Source: Utricularia gibba
Lineage: Eukaryota > Plantae > Magnoliophyta
Reading direction: 5' to 3'
Length of the DNA stretch: 64,000 nt
NCBI GenBank assembly: GCA_002189035.1
Contig: NEEC01000008.1
Coordinates: 310,001 to 374,000 of the forward strand
Shown piece after piece: positions 1 through 13,226 of this stretch. The first letter of the stretch is position 1, and every line of letters begins with the position of its first letter. The position numbers and the translations under genes are program-made. The notes under the pieces were generated by a model. It was given only the letters and a program-made list of their open reading frames with translations. It searched no databases and was not told where the DNA came from.

Positions 1-4
1 GTGA

Positions 5-295
5 CATTTTAGTCACTATATCTCTTTCATTGCGATGTGTGGCTATGAAATTATGTGAAGTTTATTTTATCGTGAAATTTTAGTCATTGTAATGCCTTCA
101 TTGCAGTGTGTGGCTATTAAATTATACAACGCTTATTTTATTATGAAATTTGAGTCACTAAAATGCTTTCATTGCAGTGTGTGGCTATGAAATTTTAGTC
201 ACTGTAATGCTTTCATTGCGGTGTGTAGCTATAAAATTATACGAAATTTATTTTATTATGAAATTTTAGTCACTGAAATGCTTTCATTACAGTTT
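5..295. repeat. Degenerate tandem repeat (5 units, 44-71 bp apart), each carrying a TCACTGT-N12-GCRGTGT spaced palindrome
   Basis: Left arms start at 13, 84, 155, 199 and 270. Each is followed by a 12-nt spacer (e.g. aatgctttcatt) and a GCAGTGT/GCGGTGT-like right arm. Confidence 0.85.
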
Positions 296-335
296 ATGAA
301 TTTGAAAGTATCCATTTTCATTGTTATTTATGCAG

Positions 336-1842
336 ACATAAACACATCAAAAAAGTTGAGGCTTCGATTCAATATTCCTACAGAATATCAATTGTGGGAT
401 AAGGAAGAGGATGAAGAGATCGTTGGTGATATTCCAGAACGTGTTGGTCCTAGGGGTTTTGCTATCAGTACTGAGCACCTTAGATGTGACTTGTGTGTGC
501 CAGTGGTACCATTTATGTTGCAAGTTTTGACATGCCTTCAAATTCCATTTTCACATTTGACTCCTAAGTCAGTGGCATATATATTGGCATGTGTTTACAT
601 TGCTTGTGAGGAAAGCATTCCCCTAGAATCGTCTATTTTTTTGCTGTGAGCATGTGTAGTAGAATAAAGGATTCACCAAATTATGTGATAAAGGGTAAGT
701 CTACAATTAAATTAGTGAAAGGTCTACGAAGTGGCTATGATAGTTGGTGGAAAGTTTTGTATGGGTTTCTCTCTTGAAGATTTACCAAATGATTTCCCAC
801 GCACACTTCCAAATTCTCATCTTATTGGAAAACCACAAGGTATTTTATGTGTTAAACAATTTTTTATACTATGTTCTTTTATGAGAATTGTTCTGATTTT
901 ATTGATCTAATTTACTTATGCTTACTATTAGGTGTTGAGATGTTACCAAGGGATGTCGTTGATGAATTCATTGCTTTCTTTAAAGGACAGACTAGGTCAT
1001 TGACTACAATCTTACCTTCCATCTTTAGAATACGGGGCACAGCCAAGTTTTGGTGTGGGAAAAAAAGAATTACAAAGAAGGATGATGATGTGGATGATCA
1101 AAGTGGAAATGATGCTGATAATTTACATGAAGATGTGGCGGTTGACAATGAAACAAATGATTTGGCAGCTGAAAATGAGGCGTTGAAGCAGCAACTAAAG
1201 TGATATCAATCCAGATGGCCTTCTTTCTATGAATCAAGTAGTCATATTCCAACGGTGCGGAAATTAGTAGTATTCGACGTCAATGGGATTTTTGCTGATA
1301 TTATTTTTCATTCATCATCAACCATCAAAGGGCATCCAGATAAGCGGATTTATGGGCGAGCAGGTATGGTATTTATTTAGTATTTCACACATTTGCAACA
1401 TATAGTTAGTTGCTAATTTATTGACTTGACTTTATTGCATATGTTATATTTTCAGTGTTTTTAAGACCAAATGCTAGGGAGTTTATGGAATGGTGTATGC
1501 AACATTTTGATGTTGCACTATGGTCCTCATGTGGAGGGTAATATACAAAATATTATATTATCTTTTTTATATATATGTTTTACATGTTATTCTTTTTGTA
1601 ACAGTGCACAACTAAACCAAGTCGAATATTGGATGTTTGGCGAGAAGATGTCAAATTTGGCATTCATATGGGATGGAACGAAATGCATCACCACAAACCT
1701 TCGAGTCCTCAAGAAGCCAACAAGTATAGTTTTGCTGAAAGAGTTGCGAAAAATATGGGAGGATGATGTTTTTCATGGCCGATATACACATGGTAACACC
1801 TTGTTTGTAGATGATTCATCATACAAGTCTACAACAAATCCA
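336..1842 (+). pseudogene. Transposase_28-like/FCP1(NIF)-HAD fusion gene, copy 1 (premature stops, last exon missing)
   Basis: Translated segments KLRLRFNIP..HLRCDLCVP..SHLTPKSVAYIL, an acidic/coiled-coil linker, KLVVFDVNGIFADI, VFLRPNAREF..WCMQHFDVALWSS and LAFIWDGTKC..LKELRKIW..NTLFVDDSSYKSTTNP. In-frame TGA at about 647 and 1201; GT-AG introns at positions matching the other copies. Confidence 0.75.
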
Positions 1843-1904
1843 ATAATAATTTTAGTTAAAAATTTCATAAGTTAAATTTTATTTTTTTAGTTTAAATTAT
1901 ACTC

Positions 1905-2530
1905 TGAGAATTGTAATTGATGATTACAATGATCAGTAGAAATAGTTCATCATCGTTTTGCTTAATAAAGTATTATAAACATTTTCTCTAGTAACTGTAA
2001 TTGATGATTACGGTGATCCGTAGAAACAGGTTATCATTTCCCTATATTACTTTCAATTCTGGTAATTGTAATCTGTAATTACGGTGGCCGTAAAATTTAG
2101 AGATACAAACTATTACTCGAGTAATTTTTATTTTCTCTTTTATGCTTTTTCGGAACACTTTTGCTTAATAGACTACTATCACCATGTTTTCTAATCACTG
2201 TAATTGATGAATTATAGTGATCGACAGAAATAAACGATTATGGTTTTTCTTATATTACTTTTATTTGTGGTAACTATCATTGATGATTACAGTGATCGTT
2301 AGAAATAGGAAATTATTATTTTTTTATATTAATTTTCTTTTTTATAACTGTAATTGATGAATTGCAGTGATTGAAAGAAATATGTAATTATTGTTTTCTT
2401 TATATTAATTTCATTTCTAATAACTGTAATTGATGAATTGTAGTGATCGACAGAAATATGTAATTATTTTTTTCTTTATATATATTTTTTTATTTCAGAT
2501 AACTGTAATTAATGAATTACAGTGATCAAC
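1905..2530. repeat. AT-rich tandem repeat (~70 bp unit) with core TAACTGT-aattgatga(a)tt-RCAGTGA
   Basis: Repeated taactgtaattgatga(a)ttRcRgtgatc units; 12-nt spacer versions at 2195-2220 and 2345-2370, 11-nt versions elsewhere. Confidence 0.85.
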
Positions 2531-2879
2531 ATAAATAAAAAATATTAACATGAAAAAGTTAAATGAAACGATATTTATGATTTTTAATTTCATTTATTAT
2601 TTATAAAAGAATATATAATATAATTTGATTTTTCATTTTGTTTAAGTTATTTATTTTTCTATTGTTTAATTGTATATATTTTTGAATATATAATAATTAA
2701 ATAAAATATACATTATGAAAAATTTAATTTGATTTTTTTATTTAATATAATTTTTGAATTCTAAAAAATATATTTTAATAATATTTATTACAATATTTGT
2801 AAAAAGAATGTAATATATTTTTATTTTTTTGTAAAAAAGATAATAGTATTAAAATATGTTGTCAAAAAGAAATTCAAAA

Positions 2880-3001
2880 ATGAAAAAGAAAATCTGTAGT
2901 ATGGGTGGTTTTGACATGCAGTAGAGGTGAGATGCACACAGTGGATGGTTTTGGAACTGGGTTTTTTTGGAGTTGATGTATTTGGTAAAAACTCAGTAGT
3001 G
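2880..3001. mobile_element. Possible CACTA (En/Spm) right terminus
   Basis: Ends ...aaaactcagtagtg at 3001 (reverse complement CACTACTGAG), preceded by repeated gtggRtggtttt motifs. The partner end and TSD would lie outside the window. Confidence 0.3.
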
Positions 3002-3804
3002 TGCTACGTGCAAATTACAATGATTGATTTTCAAGCTTGATGGTAAACTAATGCTGCTAGCATATATAGTGGATGAAGCTTGTTGCATTATAAGAATATT
3101 TTGTAGCTAGCAAGAAAAGAAAAATGGCTCATTAAATTATCTTGTAGTGGCTCATTTGTAGAACAAAATTCACTATATAGAGTTTCATTAATGAGTACGG
3201 AAATCTGAATTTTATGTCAAAATTTATATATATCATATACATATTGGATGAAACTTCATTACCTACATTATTTAAACTAAGTATCTTCTACTCATTGAGT
3301 CAAATATTTTACAAAAATCAGTCTATATGTCTTCTAAAATAATAAATTATTTTTTATGTTACAAGAATATCATTACTTATGTTTTTACCTTTCAAGAAAT
3401 CATTGTGAATAAAAATGATCAACATTATGAAGACTTATTATGATATATTCGCTAATGCTTTTCTTAAAATTTTATGCATTAATGATATAAAAAAAAGGCA
3501 TAATCAAAAAGAGTTATTGTATTATAGAATTTAGGAATCAGTATAATAAAATTCATATTAATTCTTTTAACATCTTGAAGTTCATCTCTAAAAAATACAA
3601 TATTGTTAGAAATAAATTACTTTGTACACTCATACAACCCATAATGAAAAAGTTCTTTTTCTTTTACAGATTTAATTCAAGAATGCATTCATCATTTCTA
3701 GTTTCTGCTTACAAGAAGATATGAGATACCAACATTCATTGCTAGGTAGTTTGTTCATCAGATACCCAAACTACCAAAATGCCAGGAAATGAACTTGAGG
3801 ACTA

Positions 3805-4075
3805 TGTTAAAGCCTTGGACTTAGAGCAGGTTATTGGACCTAGTTTGAAGACAAAAAGAAGTATGACATGATCAGAGTAGAGTTCAACACCGGTGGGCAC
3901 ACATGGAGAACAAAAGCAAGGGAAAATAGGAGATGGCAACCTCCAGGTACTGCTCTTCCAACCTCTAGGCTTTAGTCCAAGTTTAAGCTCTAACCTTTGA
4001 TTGGTGGTAGGGCAGGCACTCTTAACGTCTAGTAGTTGGGTTGGGCTTGCTCTTCTTATTATAGATGATGGGCAC
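3805..4075 (-). repeat. Diverged LTR (3' LTR of older copy B), terminal CA lost
   Basis: Alignable to the LTRs at 12932 and 17385 (tgttaaagcc..ggacctagtttg..agttcaacacc..aacaaaag..gaaaatagga..gcaacctccaggt..ttgggcttgctcttcttatt). Confidence 0.7.
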
Positions 4076-4515
4076 TTAGGTAACTTGGTTTTATGGGTTT
4101 AACGGGTGTAAATCGTGTTTTGTTGATGGATTTACATAATTTGGGTTTAAATGAATACACGTTTGGTACGTGGGTATAAAATTGGGTTTATGGATAATTT
4201 TCATGGGAATTTACCAATACAGCCTTCCTCAACAATAAACTATTCGTCTTTATTACCATTTGTTTTCCCCTTCGTCCACCGACTTTCACACCCGATTGTC
4301 GCGGTGCTGCCGTTCGACGAGATCTCCCGATTTCACAAGTAATTGAGAGTGAAGAGCCATGGGTTAAGTCCAGATTGTATACTCCCTTTGTTGCACAGAG
4401 TTTCTCGTTTAAAATCCGTTGAATTTTGAGTCAATTTTACCGTTTACTTGTTGTAAGTGCTCGGTGTAGGTACTTTGTTCTTGCTGTTTTCTTTACTCCA
4501 GCACAGATTGCAGGT

Positions 4516-4659
4516 ATGCACAGCCCAATCGTGGTGGAAGACTCTCAGAAAAAAACGAAATGCGCCTGGAAGCCAGATGAGGAGAAAGACTTATTGCACA
4601 CTTTGAAGCAGATAGTGAAAGAAGGCTGGAAAATTGAGAATGGTTTTAGGGGTGGGTAT
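4516..4659 (+). pseudogene. Harbinger ORF1 Myb/SANT-like DNA-binding domain, truncated
   Basis: KCAWKPDEEKDLLHTLKQIVKEGWKIENGFRGGY matches the W..EE..LL..L......GW...NGF+.GY pattern of Myb_DNA-bind_3 proteins; no continuation found after the inverted repeat at 4681. Confidence 0.75.
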
Positions 4660-4680
4660 ATGTATTTTTTAAACACTTAT

Positions 4681-5378
4681 GTTTCTGATCGAACACTGAT
4701 CGCGGTGGCACCGCGTGTTGTAACATCTGGTGCCATCACTGGATTTGAAACCTTGTGTCTAAACGTGGTGCTTCGTAATATGCAACACCAATGCGGTGCT
4801 AGTTCATGACTACTCAATAGCAGCGCATTGAATGTGGCGGTAGTTGTAGCACCGCGTTTGCGAAAGAGTGCTCAACAACGAAGCACCGCACTTGTTCATA
4901 CGCGGTGCTTCCACCAACGGCGTCAGAACACTGTCTACCTTACACCGCATATATTTGCTAGATATATGCGGGTGTGCGCAGATAGTAGTTTGGCCTTATG
5001 TTGGACTCATGGGTTAGATGTATTTCACCTTCTAAGCATCCTTCAAGCAAATACCCTGTATTCCACATGAAAATGTAGGCGTAGGACGATTGTAGGTAAC
5101 TGGTATGAGCACCGTGCAGGGTAGACAGTGTTCTGACGCCGTTGGTGGAAGCACCGTGTATGAACAAGCGCGGTGCTTCGTTGTTGAGCACTCTTCCGCA
5201 AACGAGGTGCTACAACTACCGCCACATTCAATGCGCTGCTATCGAGTAGTCATGAACTAGCACCGAATTGGTGTTGCATATTACGAAGCACCACGTTTAG
5301 ACACAAGGTTTCAAATCCAGTGATGGCACCAGATGTTACAACACGCGGTGCCACCACGATCAGTGTTCGATCAGAAAC
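4681..5378. repeat. Long inverted repeat: 259-bp arms (4681-4939 / 5120-5378), 180-bp spacer
   Basis: Manual comparison of the arms gives about 7 mismatches; rich in GCACCGC/GCGGTGC motifs; no flanking TSD seen. Confidence 0.92.
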
Positions 5379-5440
5379 TTACAAAGTCAGCATACCATAG
5401 TTCACGCAAGATCCATGCAATTGCAAAGGTACATCATCCA

Positions 5441-7268
5441 TTACACAATAGCCTTGTAATGCTTCCACAATGGGTGTTCCTCGTCTATCGGACGTTCACT
5501 ACCCGTCGGCGATTGACGTGTGTGGGTACATCCATTACGTCAATGAGAGCTTCCAGGAACCACCTAATATCTCCCCCTCGAACCAGGGAACAATCATTGA
5601 CCGCGGTGTACTTGAAGGTGGTTGGGAATATGGCATTTTCGGGCTGTCCAATGTAAGCAAACAATCATTGGGTGCAAGATGGTGGAGAATGAGGGCGACC
5701 AGAAACTCACCGGGTTGTGTAGTGACTTGTATGGCGCATCATCGATGAGTAGCATATTAAGACGGTGATATTTTCCCTTGAACTTGGTGTTGGCGCCCCA
5801 TACATGATTCAAAACCTTAAGCTTAACCGTGTTGTTCCTGTTGTCGTGCACCGGATAACCTATGTCCACTGTCCTGGATCCATCCCATTGGAAGACGAGC
5901 TTGCTGGCTGCTGCAAGCCCTAGTAACCACTAGACCACATCGTGCAATTGTTCACTGAAACATGTTGTCAAAAAAAGGAAAGGTCAGCACCGTGCAGATA
6001 CCATTACCTGCTAATTGGTCGATCTTACCATCCTCTGGAAGACCAAATGGCGACGTCAAAGTGTTCCATGCAAAACTGTATCAACTCACATGCACCTGGT
6101 CGAAGATACACTACAACCACAACAAATAGTTCTGACACATGCACCAGATATTAAATGCATATGAAATACACCGTATTACCATTTCGCCCGTATATAACGG
6201 CATCCGGCTTCAATGCTCCCCACCTGACTTCACGATGATACACAATGTCCGCAAGTACACCATTGACGTCAAATATTAACAACTTACATGGTGGGGCTGC
6301 GTTATCACTCGACACTCCAACATATGGCCACCTTTGTTCATAACATGCAAGCCGACCACAGAGTTTAAGATTCTCTGCGTACAGTCTCTCCACTTCGATA
6401 TACTTTGCAGTGGCAACATCACACCCATCATCGTGTGTCGAGATCGTTTTTGGCCCATCCATGTTGCCCCTAATTTCTGGCTGCACATCTCCATCCTCTT
6501 CATGGGTCACCTCCTTAGGATCTTCATTCCTAATCTCACGTTGTCTACGGTGTCGAGGGGTTCCACACCACAAATGCTGTGTCCTAGGAGCATTGACAAA
6601 GGGGGGCAAAACGTCCTCTAGTGACTTTGTTATGCAAGAGAACAAATTCACAAACCTCCTTGCTGCACGTTTTGGCAATACCTCGATGCCTACAACGACT
6701 ACAACAACAAAGTCCATGAGTATTGTTGCAGACGACGTTAGAATATTCGAAGTAATTGTTTGTGATTACCTGATGAGTGTCCAACATTCTCTGACACTAT
6801 CAACGTTGTTGGCCATTCTGGAGTGGTGGGTGGGCATACCCATACAAAACTAGTCCACTAATCATCATATGCGCTTCTGATGTTTGTAACCAAAACCACA
6901 CCAGGTTTTCCATGAAGCGAGTAGTGCGGACTCCCCTTACATTGCACAGAAACAGAAACCGCAAAGAAGACACGCATTTCCGGGGGTATATCCCCCTCTT
7001 CACATATCTATAGAAATGCGAGTACGTGCGCCACATAATGTGGTGTAAGGTGGGAGAGTGGGATCTAGAGTGCAGCAAGTATCTGCACCAAGAAAGGGGG
7101 TGGGGGCAGTCGCAATCCACACCGAAAGTGCTTGGTGCTGACGGTGAAACTCGATGCTCCGACTCTGGACGGGGGTTCGGTGTCGAACGTTTCGCCTGGT
7201 TGTTTATCCCACATCACGTAACCGTCAGGAATTGAGAAGCAGGCATGTAGTTTCTCACACGTCAACAT
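5441..7268 (-). pseudogene. Transposase_28-like/FCP1(NIF)-HAD fusion gene, copy 2 (all exons present, frameshifts and stop)
   Basis: KLHACFSIP..KHFRCGLRLPPPPFLVQIL; PPCKLLIFDVNGVLADIV; VFLRPGACELIQFCMEHFDVAIWSS; KLVFQWDGS..LLIDDAPYKSLHNP; PENAIFP..GGDIRWFLEAL..HPLWKHYKAIV*. Confidence 0.8.
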
Positions 7269-8060
7269 CTACGAAAAACAACAGACGTAACTCATCTGTT
7301 TTGAAACGCTGAAGGCAAAGGTTCCTACCATCGCAACACTGTTGTGAAGAGGTTGTCAACCCATCTGTTTTCGCGGTGCTACTGTGCGTTTGCCGAAAGG
7401 ATGGAGGTGTAAGTGTGGAATTAATGAAGGTGTTTTGGAAAGTGTTCAATGTCAGGTGCCTTTAGTGTGCACAGGGGGGGTATTAATAGCGCTGGACAGT
7501 TGTCAACTGCGGCATTTTTTGCCAATTTTTTTTTGAAATTCGGAGCACCGGATAAGGCGGCACGTGGTGCTGCAATGTGCGTGGCGTAGCGTAGGCGTTT
7601 AGAAGCACCGCATATTACAGATCACGGTGTTTGGTGACTTTCAAGATTATTGTACTACCAATACCCTCGCTAATATGCACCAACTTGACACTCGTCTACA
7701 TCTTAAATGTTGACAGCACTGGATACGATGAAACACGCGGTACTACTAACAACTTTGGTATCATACTAGCCTCCGTAGCACCTCGTCTGAAGATCGCGGT
7801 ACTGGCTCCAATGCTCCACCATGTGGTACCATGTTACCCCATGGTAACACATGACACTATGGTACAATCCCCACACCATTTGCAGCAACAACCAAATACA
7901 ATGCAAACAAGTGTTCACGACGGAGTGTCAACTCGAGCTGAACTTGTTAAGGAGCAAAGCAAACAATTGTACTTAACAAATTCAATACAAACGACACGAT
8001 AGGTTCCGAACGAGAATCTAGGAAAACTACTAGCATCACAATGTCTAAAACAGTGCTACA

Positions 8061-9377
8061 TTAGCGGCGTCTGCGGGATGCCAGCCACTCGGTGTACATC
8101 CCCTCAGCTTGCTCGTCACGCCACCTACTCCATGCCTGATTTGAACCGAAAGATGTCGTGACGTCTTTTGCATCACTCATGTCCCCAGCTTCATCCTGGA
8201 AGTCCAATGGGACCTCATCCTCCAGGGGATCGACCACCATCTCCTTTCGAATAAGGTTATGGAGCAAAGCACATGCCAATACAATGCGATTCTGTGTGTC
8301 TACCGAATAGTGTGTATACCCAAGCTCGTTCGATCACATTTCTGGCTGATGCATGCCGCATGTTGAATAGCTCCTTCGCATTCTGAGGTACTCCATTTCC
8401 CTGGCCCCACTCCTTCAAGTGATAATAGACTCTATGGTATGGTGCCAAACAAGTGAAATATGTTCCATTATCACATATCCATTATCACATAGGTAATATG
8501 TTCTTGTGTCATCACGTATACATGGTACATGAAATCACTGGAATCACATGCGCAAGGGCTAAACAAGTGAAATACCTGGGCGTAAAAGACGAAAGACGTC
8601 GGATCGTGAGAGTGCATCGTTTAGCACCCGACTATTTGCAGCAGACCCCTCCCACCCAGCAATCACATATATAAATTTCATTTGTTCATCACATACACCC
8701 AACACGTTGATGGATATGACACCCTTTCGATTTCTGTACCTTGCAGCATCACATTTGTTAACTCGTATACTGATATATGTACCATCTATGGACCCAACAC
8801 AACCTTGCAAATACATAATCAATGTTAGATACATTCTTAAAAAGAAGCACGAAAGATGTGTCAATCTGAAGTGTTTGAACTTTCCTTCGGATGCACGTTC
8901 TCCAGCAACTACTGGAGTCTCTAAGAGCACCTCATGGAGGCAAAGCACCGCATGCAACACCTTTTGAAAGCACCGGGACACAGTCTCGGTGCTCCTCCCG
9001 TAGACATGTTTCTGCACCCGCATTTTATTATGATGATCTAATATTCCTAAAAACATGCAAACCATCTCCGGAACCATTACATATTTTCCAGCCTTTAAAC
9101 TAGAACGATTTTTTAATAGGCTACATAAAATAACCAAGGCATCTCGGCTGATTCTCAAGTTCTCAATGGATGCACTGTTGACATCACTCACCAACCTACT
9201 AATATACTCAACTTGTCTAGGAATCTTGTGTGTAAGTGAATACCTGCGTCTCCCCCTATATCCCCTATGGTATTTTTTCCAATGTAAGTATACTAACACA
9301 TTCATCTGCACCAAATATTTGGTCAAAAATGCTGCTGCCGCACTCAAGATGACATGACCCTCCATGAAAAAATCCAT
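8061..9377 (-). pseudogene. PIF/Harbinger DDE transposase (DDE_Tnp_4 type), degenerate
   Basis: GCVGSIDGTYI..YRNRKG..NVLGVCD..MKFIYVIAGWEGSAANSRVL, YHLKEW..KELFNMRHASARNVIER and CALLHNLIR; frameshifts present. Confidence 0.9.
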
Positions 9378-9845
9378 GTCCCCTCAATAGTCGAAAAAAT
9401 CGAGCAAAATAAATCCACACACACAACAACACGGATTCTGAAATTGGAAAGTCACAGATAAAAACCCACTATGTGATACTGCCATGGTTGGACAAGCGCG
9501 GTGCTACCGTGGACCAACCCACCAAGGACAGAAAGCACACTTACCGAAAGACCTAGTTTATTTGCTCCCAAAGAAGACGCGACGCCACCGGCAAATCACG
9601 AACAAAGTCTGGGTTGTAGATCTGCGTTCAAATGTGGTTCACGCAAGGGCAAAAGTGGAAGCGCCGAGCTAAGTTTAGCTAACCCCCCCCCTAGGTTTAG
9701 CTAAACCCTTTTCCACGGGTTCCCACCTGGTTTATGGACAACACGTGGGTTTATTTTTACCCACCTGAAACCCACAAACCAAACATGGGTTTATGTCTAA
9801 ACCCACGTCGCAACCAACCTAAACCCAACAACCAAACGCGCCCTA

Positions 9846-12800
9846 TGTGTAGAGCAATAGCTTCTACAAAAGAGGGGAAATGATTAAGAAATACTATGAA
9901 GCGTTTCCAAGTTACCCTTCTAGACGAGATATCCTCTGCACTACATCAATAGCATGACTTGAGATCCTTGACAACATGCATCAACAATAGCCTCTCAGCA
10001 ATACACAACTGGTGGGACTATCACGGTCGAGTTTTCAGGGGGTGTACCCAGAAATCTTTTCAGCAAAGATACATGGAAAACATGATGAATGTGGCTACAT
10101 GATGGTAACTTGAGGCAATGAGCAGCACTACCAATACACTTCTCCACTTAAAAAGGGCCATGGTAGCGAGGTCCTAGTTTGGAGATAGCTTGTTCTCTGA
10201 TAGAAACATAGTGCAAGTTTCAAAGTTAGAGCCAAACCCAATCACCTGGCATGTGATGGCAATCATGGTAGGATTTCATACATTCTTGAGCTGCTCTAAT
10301 GTGATCCCTCAAAGTGGCTAAAATGTCAAGTCCTCTTGCACAACAATAGATCCAAATCAATAGCATTGGTCTCTTGCAAATGATATTGACAAATGGTCGA
10401 AGGCACCCTATCATAAACAGCTTCAAATGATGTCATACTGATAGAGGAATGACAATTAGAGTTATAGGCATATCCTGCCCAAGATAACTAGAATGACCCG
10501 TGATGAGGATGTCAAGCATAGAAAGCCCGAAGATAGGATTCCAGAATGCGGTTTGTTACTTCTATTTGGCCATCCGTTTCTGGGTGATAGGCAAAGCTAA
10601 AGAAAAGTTGAGTGCCATTAAGCCTCAAAAGTTCTTGCCAAAACTAGCTTGTGAAAACTGGGTCATGATCCATAATAATATCTTGAGAAAGGCCATGTAA
10701 CTTGAAAATATTATCAAAGAAACTTTGGTAACATTCGTAGTAGTAAAAGCTCATTTCAAAGAGATAAAATGAGCATGCTAGAGCAATAAGTTCTTTCTCA
10801 TAAGCTAGAAAACTTTTATGAGATTCAGACAAAATCAATTGAAGTAAGAGATAGGATGTTCGTCTTGCATCAACACAGCACCGATCCCAACATTGGATGC
10901 ATCACATTCAATAACAAAAATGCGATTAAAACTAGGCAATGCCAGCACCAAAGTAGATGCCGACTATTCCTTCAACCAAGAGAAAGCTTGGTAGCCTCAA
11001 GATTCCTAATAAATTTATTCTGATGCAATAGTGTAGTAAGTAGTGCAGTCGCTGATCCATAATCTTTAATGAAACGGTGGTAGTAGCTAACTAAACCCAA
11101 AAAGGATTTTAGTATGGAAGAGTCTTGAGGAAGGAGCCATGTAGTGACAACTTCCAATTTAGAAGGATCAGTTTCCACTCCCTTAGCAAATATGATGTGT
11201 CCTACCTAACCTCATATTTCAAGAAAACACATTTGATTCCCTTCAAATATAATTGGCTCTCTTGCAGCTGCTGAAAAACCTTTCCCAAGTTAATCATATG
11301 CTCTGAGAGGGTTGAGCTGTAGACGAAGATATCATCAAAATAAACTAAGGAATGTGGGAGTTCATTTGCGGTAGGTTTTCAAAACAAATTTCCTCATCAT
11401 ATAAAAAAAAGCCTCATTCATTAACCATTAGAAGGTGGAGGGTGCATTGATCAGACATTAGGGCATCACCAGATACTCAAAGTGGCCTGCATGAGTACAT
11501 ATGGCCTATCGAATCAATAGCCATGCGAACTTGATTGAACCCTATATGAAGATCAAGCTTAGAGAAATATTTAATCCCCCAAGTTCCTCTAAGAGTTCTT
11601 CAATGATGGGGATGGGAAACTTGATAGGCGCGGTGATTTTATTCATTCGACAATAATCTCCACAAAGTCTTTAGGTACCTTCTATTTTGGGTACTAGTAA
11701 CGGGTGAGGCAAAGGGTGAAGATGAGGGCCTGATAATTCCTTTCACTAGCATTTCTTGATATTGTTTCTTGATCTCTAACTTCATATGATAGGTAGTTTA
11801 GTAGGGTCGTAGAGCTACTGGAGAGGATCCAGGTTCAAGAAGAATTTGATGATGACAAGCACAAGAAGGAGGTTATGACCTCGGTTCTTGGAAAATATCA
11901 TCGTATCTCTATGCTAGCTCGAAGATAAGAGTCATAGAGAAACATGTGGATTTTTTAGGGGATTGTTGTATACCAACCAAAGTATACATTTTTCCATTGT
12001 GTTCAAATGACATTTGCTTCAATCAAAAATTCAAGATCACGTCACCTAGTTTCATCAACCATTTCACGCCAAGAATAACATCATAGTGAAGCTTATCAAT
12101 AATGGTGAAATTGAAACACTCTTGAAATTCCCCCAACTACACAAGAACACCATCGGCACCTTCAGAGACAATGACTTTGGCTTCATTAGTAGCTAGCCGA
12201 ATAGCGTGTCTTGTGTGAGGTAGAATATTAAGACCTAGAGCAACGGTCATCTCTTGTTTGATGAAATTGTGAATACTATCAGTGTCAACCAGGACATATA
12301 CTATGTGACTTGTGATCTTGACTTCAAAGACCAACTACTCAGGTTCTTGAGTCCCCTTTGGGGGCCAATTAATGCATTCATAGATAGGAGATTCTCTACC
12401 TCAACAACCTCATTCTCAACAGTAGAATCCTCTAGTGGATCATCGCATATAACGATGTAAAAGAGTTGTTTACACTAATGACCCGTGTGATATTGTTTGT
12501 CACAATGAAAGCATAAATTGAGTCTTTGATGTTCTACAACTTCCTTACTTGTCATTTTCTTCTTAGTGGTAATTTAGAGGTGGTAGCCGGCCGAGCCAGT
12601 ACCATCGATTCCTCACTGAACTTCTCAATAGATTGTGTCCCAATTTTCAACATAAAGGCTTCAATAGGCCATGTATGTAGATCTGCAGTAGATCAAGTTC
12701 ATTCATTGAATTCATCATGGATGCTATTTTCCTTAAGGCGTGTGATTATAGGTGTTTAGATCTGTAGAGGTGTTCTAAATTTGCAAAAGATTTCGGAGCT

Positions 12801-12931
12801 TAGATGAAGTGGTTGTGTCCAAATACCATTGTGTACAAGCATTTCTTTAATCTGTCCATGGGATAGTTGGGTTGTGGCACAGGAGCATTAAATACGAGGC
12901 TTGGGTCCTTCCTAACAGATGGCAAGGAATG
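9846..12931 (-). pseudogene. Degenerate gag-pol of chromovirus copy B (5' gag and PBS missing)
   Basis: Paralogous to 13227-16980: DPSKLEVVTTWLLP..LKSFLGLVSYYHRFIKDY (RT/RH), VLVDTDSIHNFI (protease), integrase remnants; gag stops abruptly at the middle LTR. Confidence 0.85.
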
Positions 12932-13226
12932 TGATAAGGCTTTAAATCGAGAACGAGTTAAAGGACCCAGTTTGCACAAAACGAAGAACATAGTAGCAGA
13001 AAAAAGTTCAGCACAAGGTGCTCATTAAATGAGTAGCAACAAAAGAAAGAAAATAGGGAAGAGAGCAGCCTCCAAGCGGCACTCCGGTAGCCTCTACGCT
13101 CTGAGAACTCGTTCAATTCCAGCCTCTCCCCAACGATAGAGTATGCGACTTAAGATTCTACATTTGGGTTGCATTTGGAGTTGGACATGTTCTTCTTCTT
13201 GTAAGTTGTGGGCTCGGTCCACATCA
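12932..13226 (-). repeat. LTR (middle), 295 bp, TG...CA
   Basis: tgataaggctttaaatc...ggtccacatca, clearly similar along its length to 17385-17689. Confidence 0.9.

Larger units (their letters stand above)
4079..9842. mobile_element. PIF/Harbinger DNA transposon carrying a Myb/SANT ORF fragment, the HAD cassette and a DDE transposase
   Basis: Right end reads GGCGCGTTTGGTTGTTGGGTTTA on the reverse strand; left end is a degenerate GGTAACTTGGTTTTATGGGTTTA. Flanks TTA/CTA fit a 3-bp TSD, and the flanking retroelement sequence rejoins across the element. Confidence 0.7.

Noticed and set aside
3805-3960. Frame reading ..GPSLKTKR..GGHTWRT, which looked like a MULE C-terminal zinc knuckle
   Set aside because: The DNA aligns with the retrotransposon LTRs at 12932 and 17385, so it is LTR sequence.
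4681-5378. MULE-derived MITE or miRNA precursor
   Set aside because: No 8-10-bp TSD (aacacttat vs ttacaaagt); the arms are too long and perfect for a typical MIR hairpin, and there is no expression evidence.
7828-7865. Hairpin TGTTACC-CCAT-GGTAACA as a Helitron 3' end of the cassette module
   Set aside because: No CTRR at the expected distance and no equivalent hairpin seen at the other copies.
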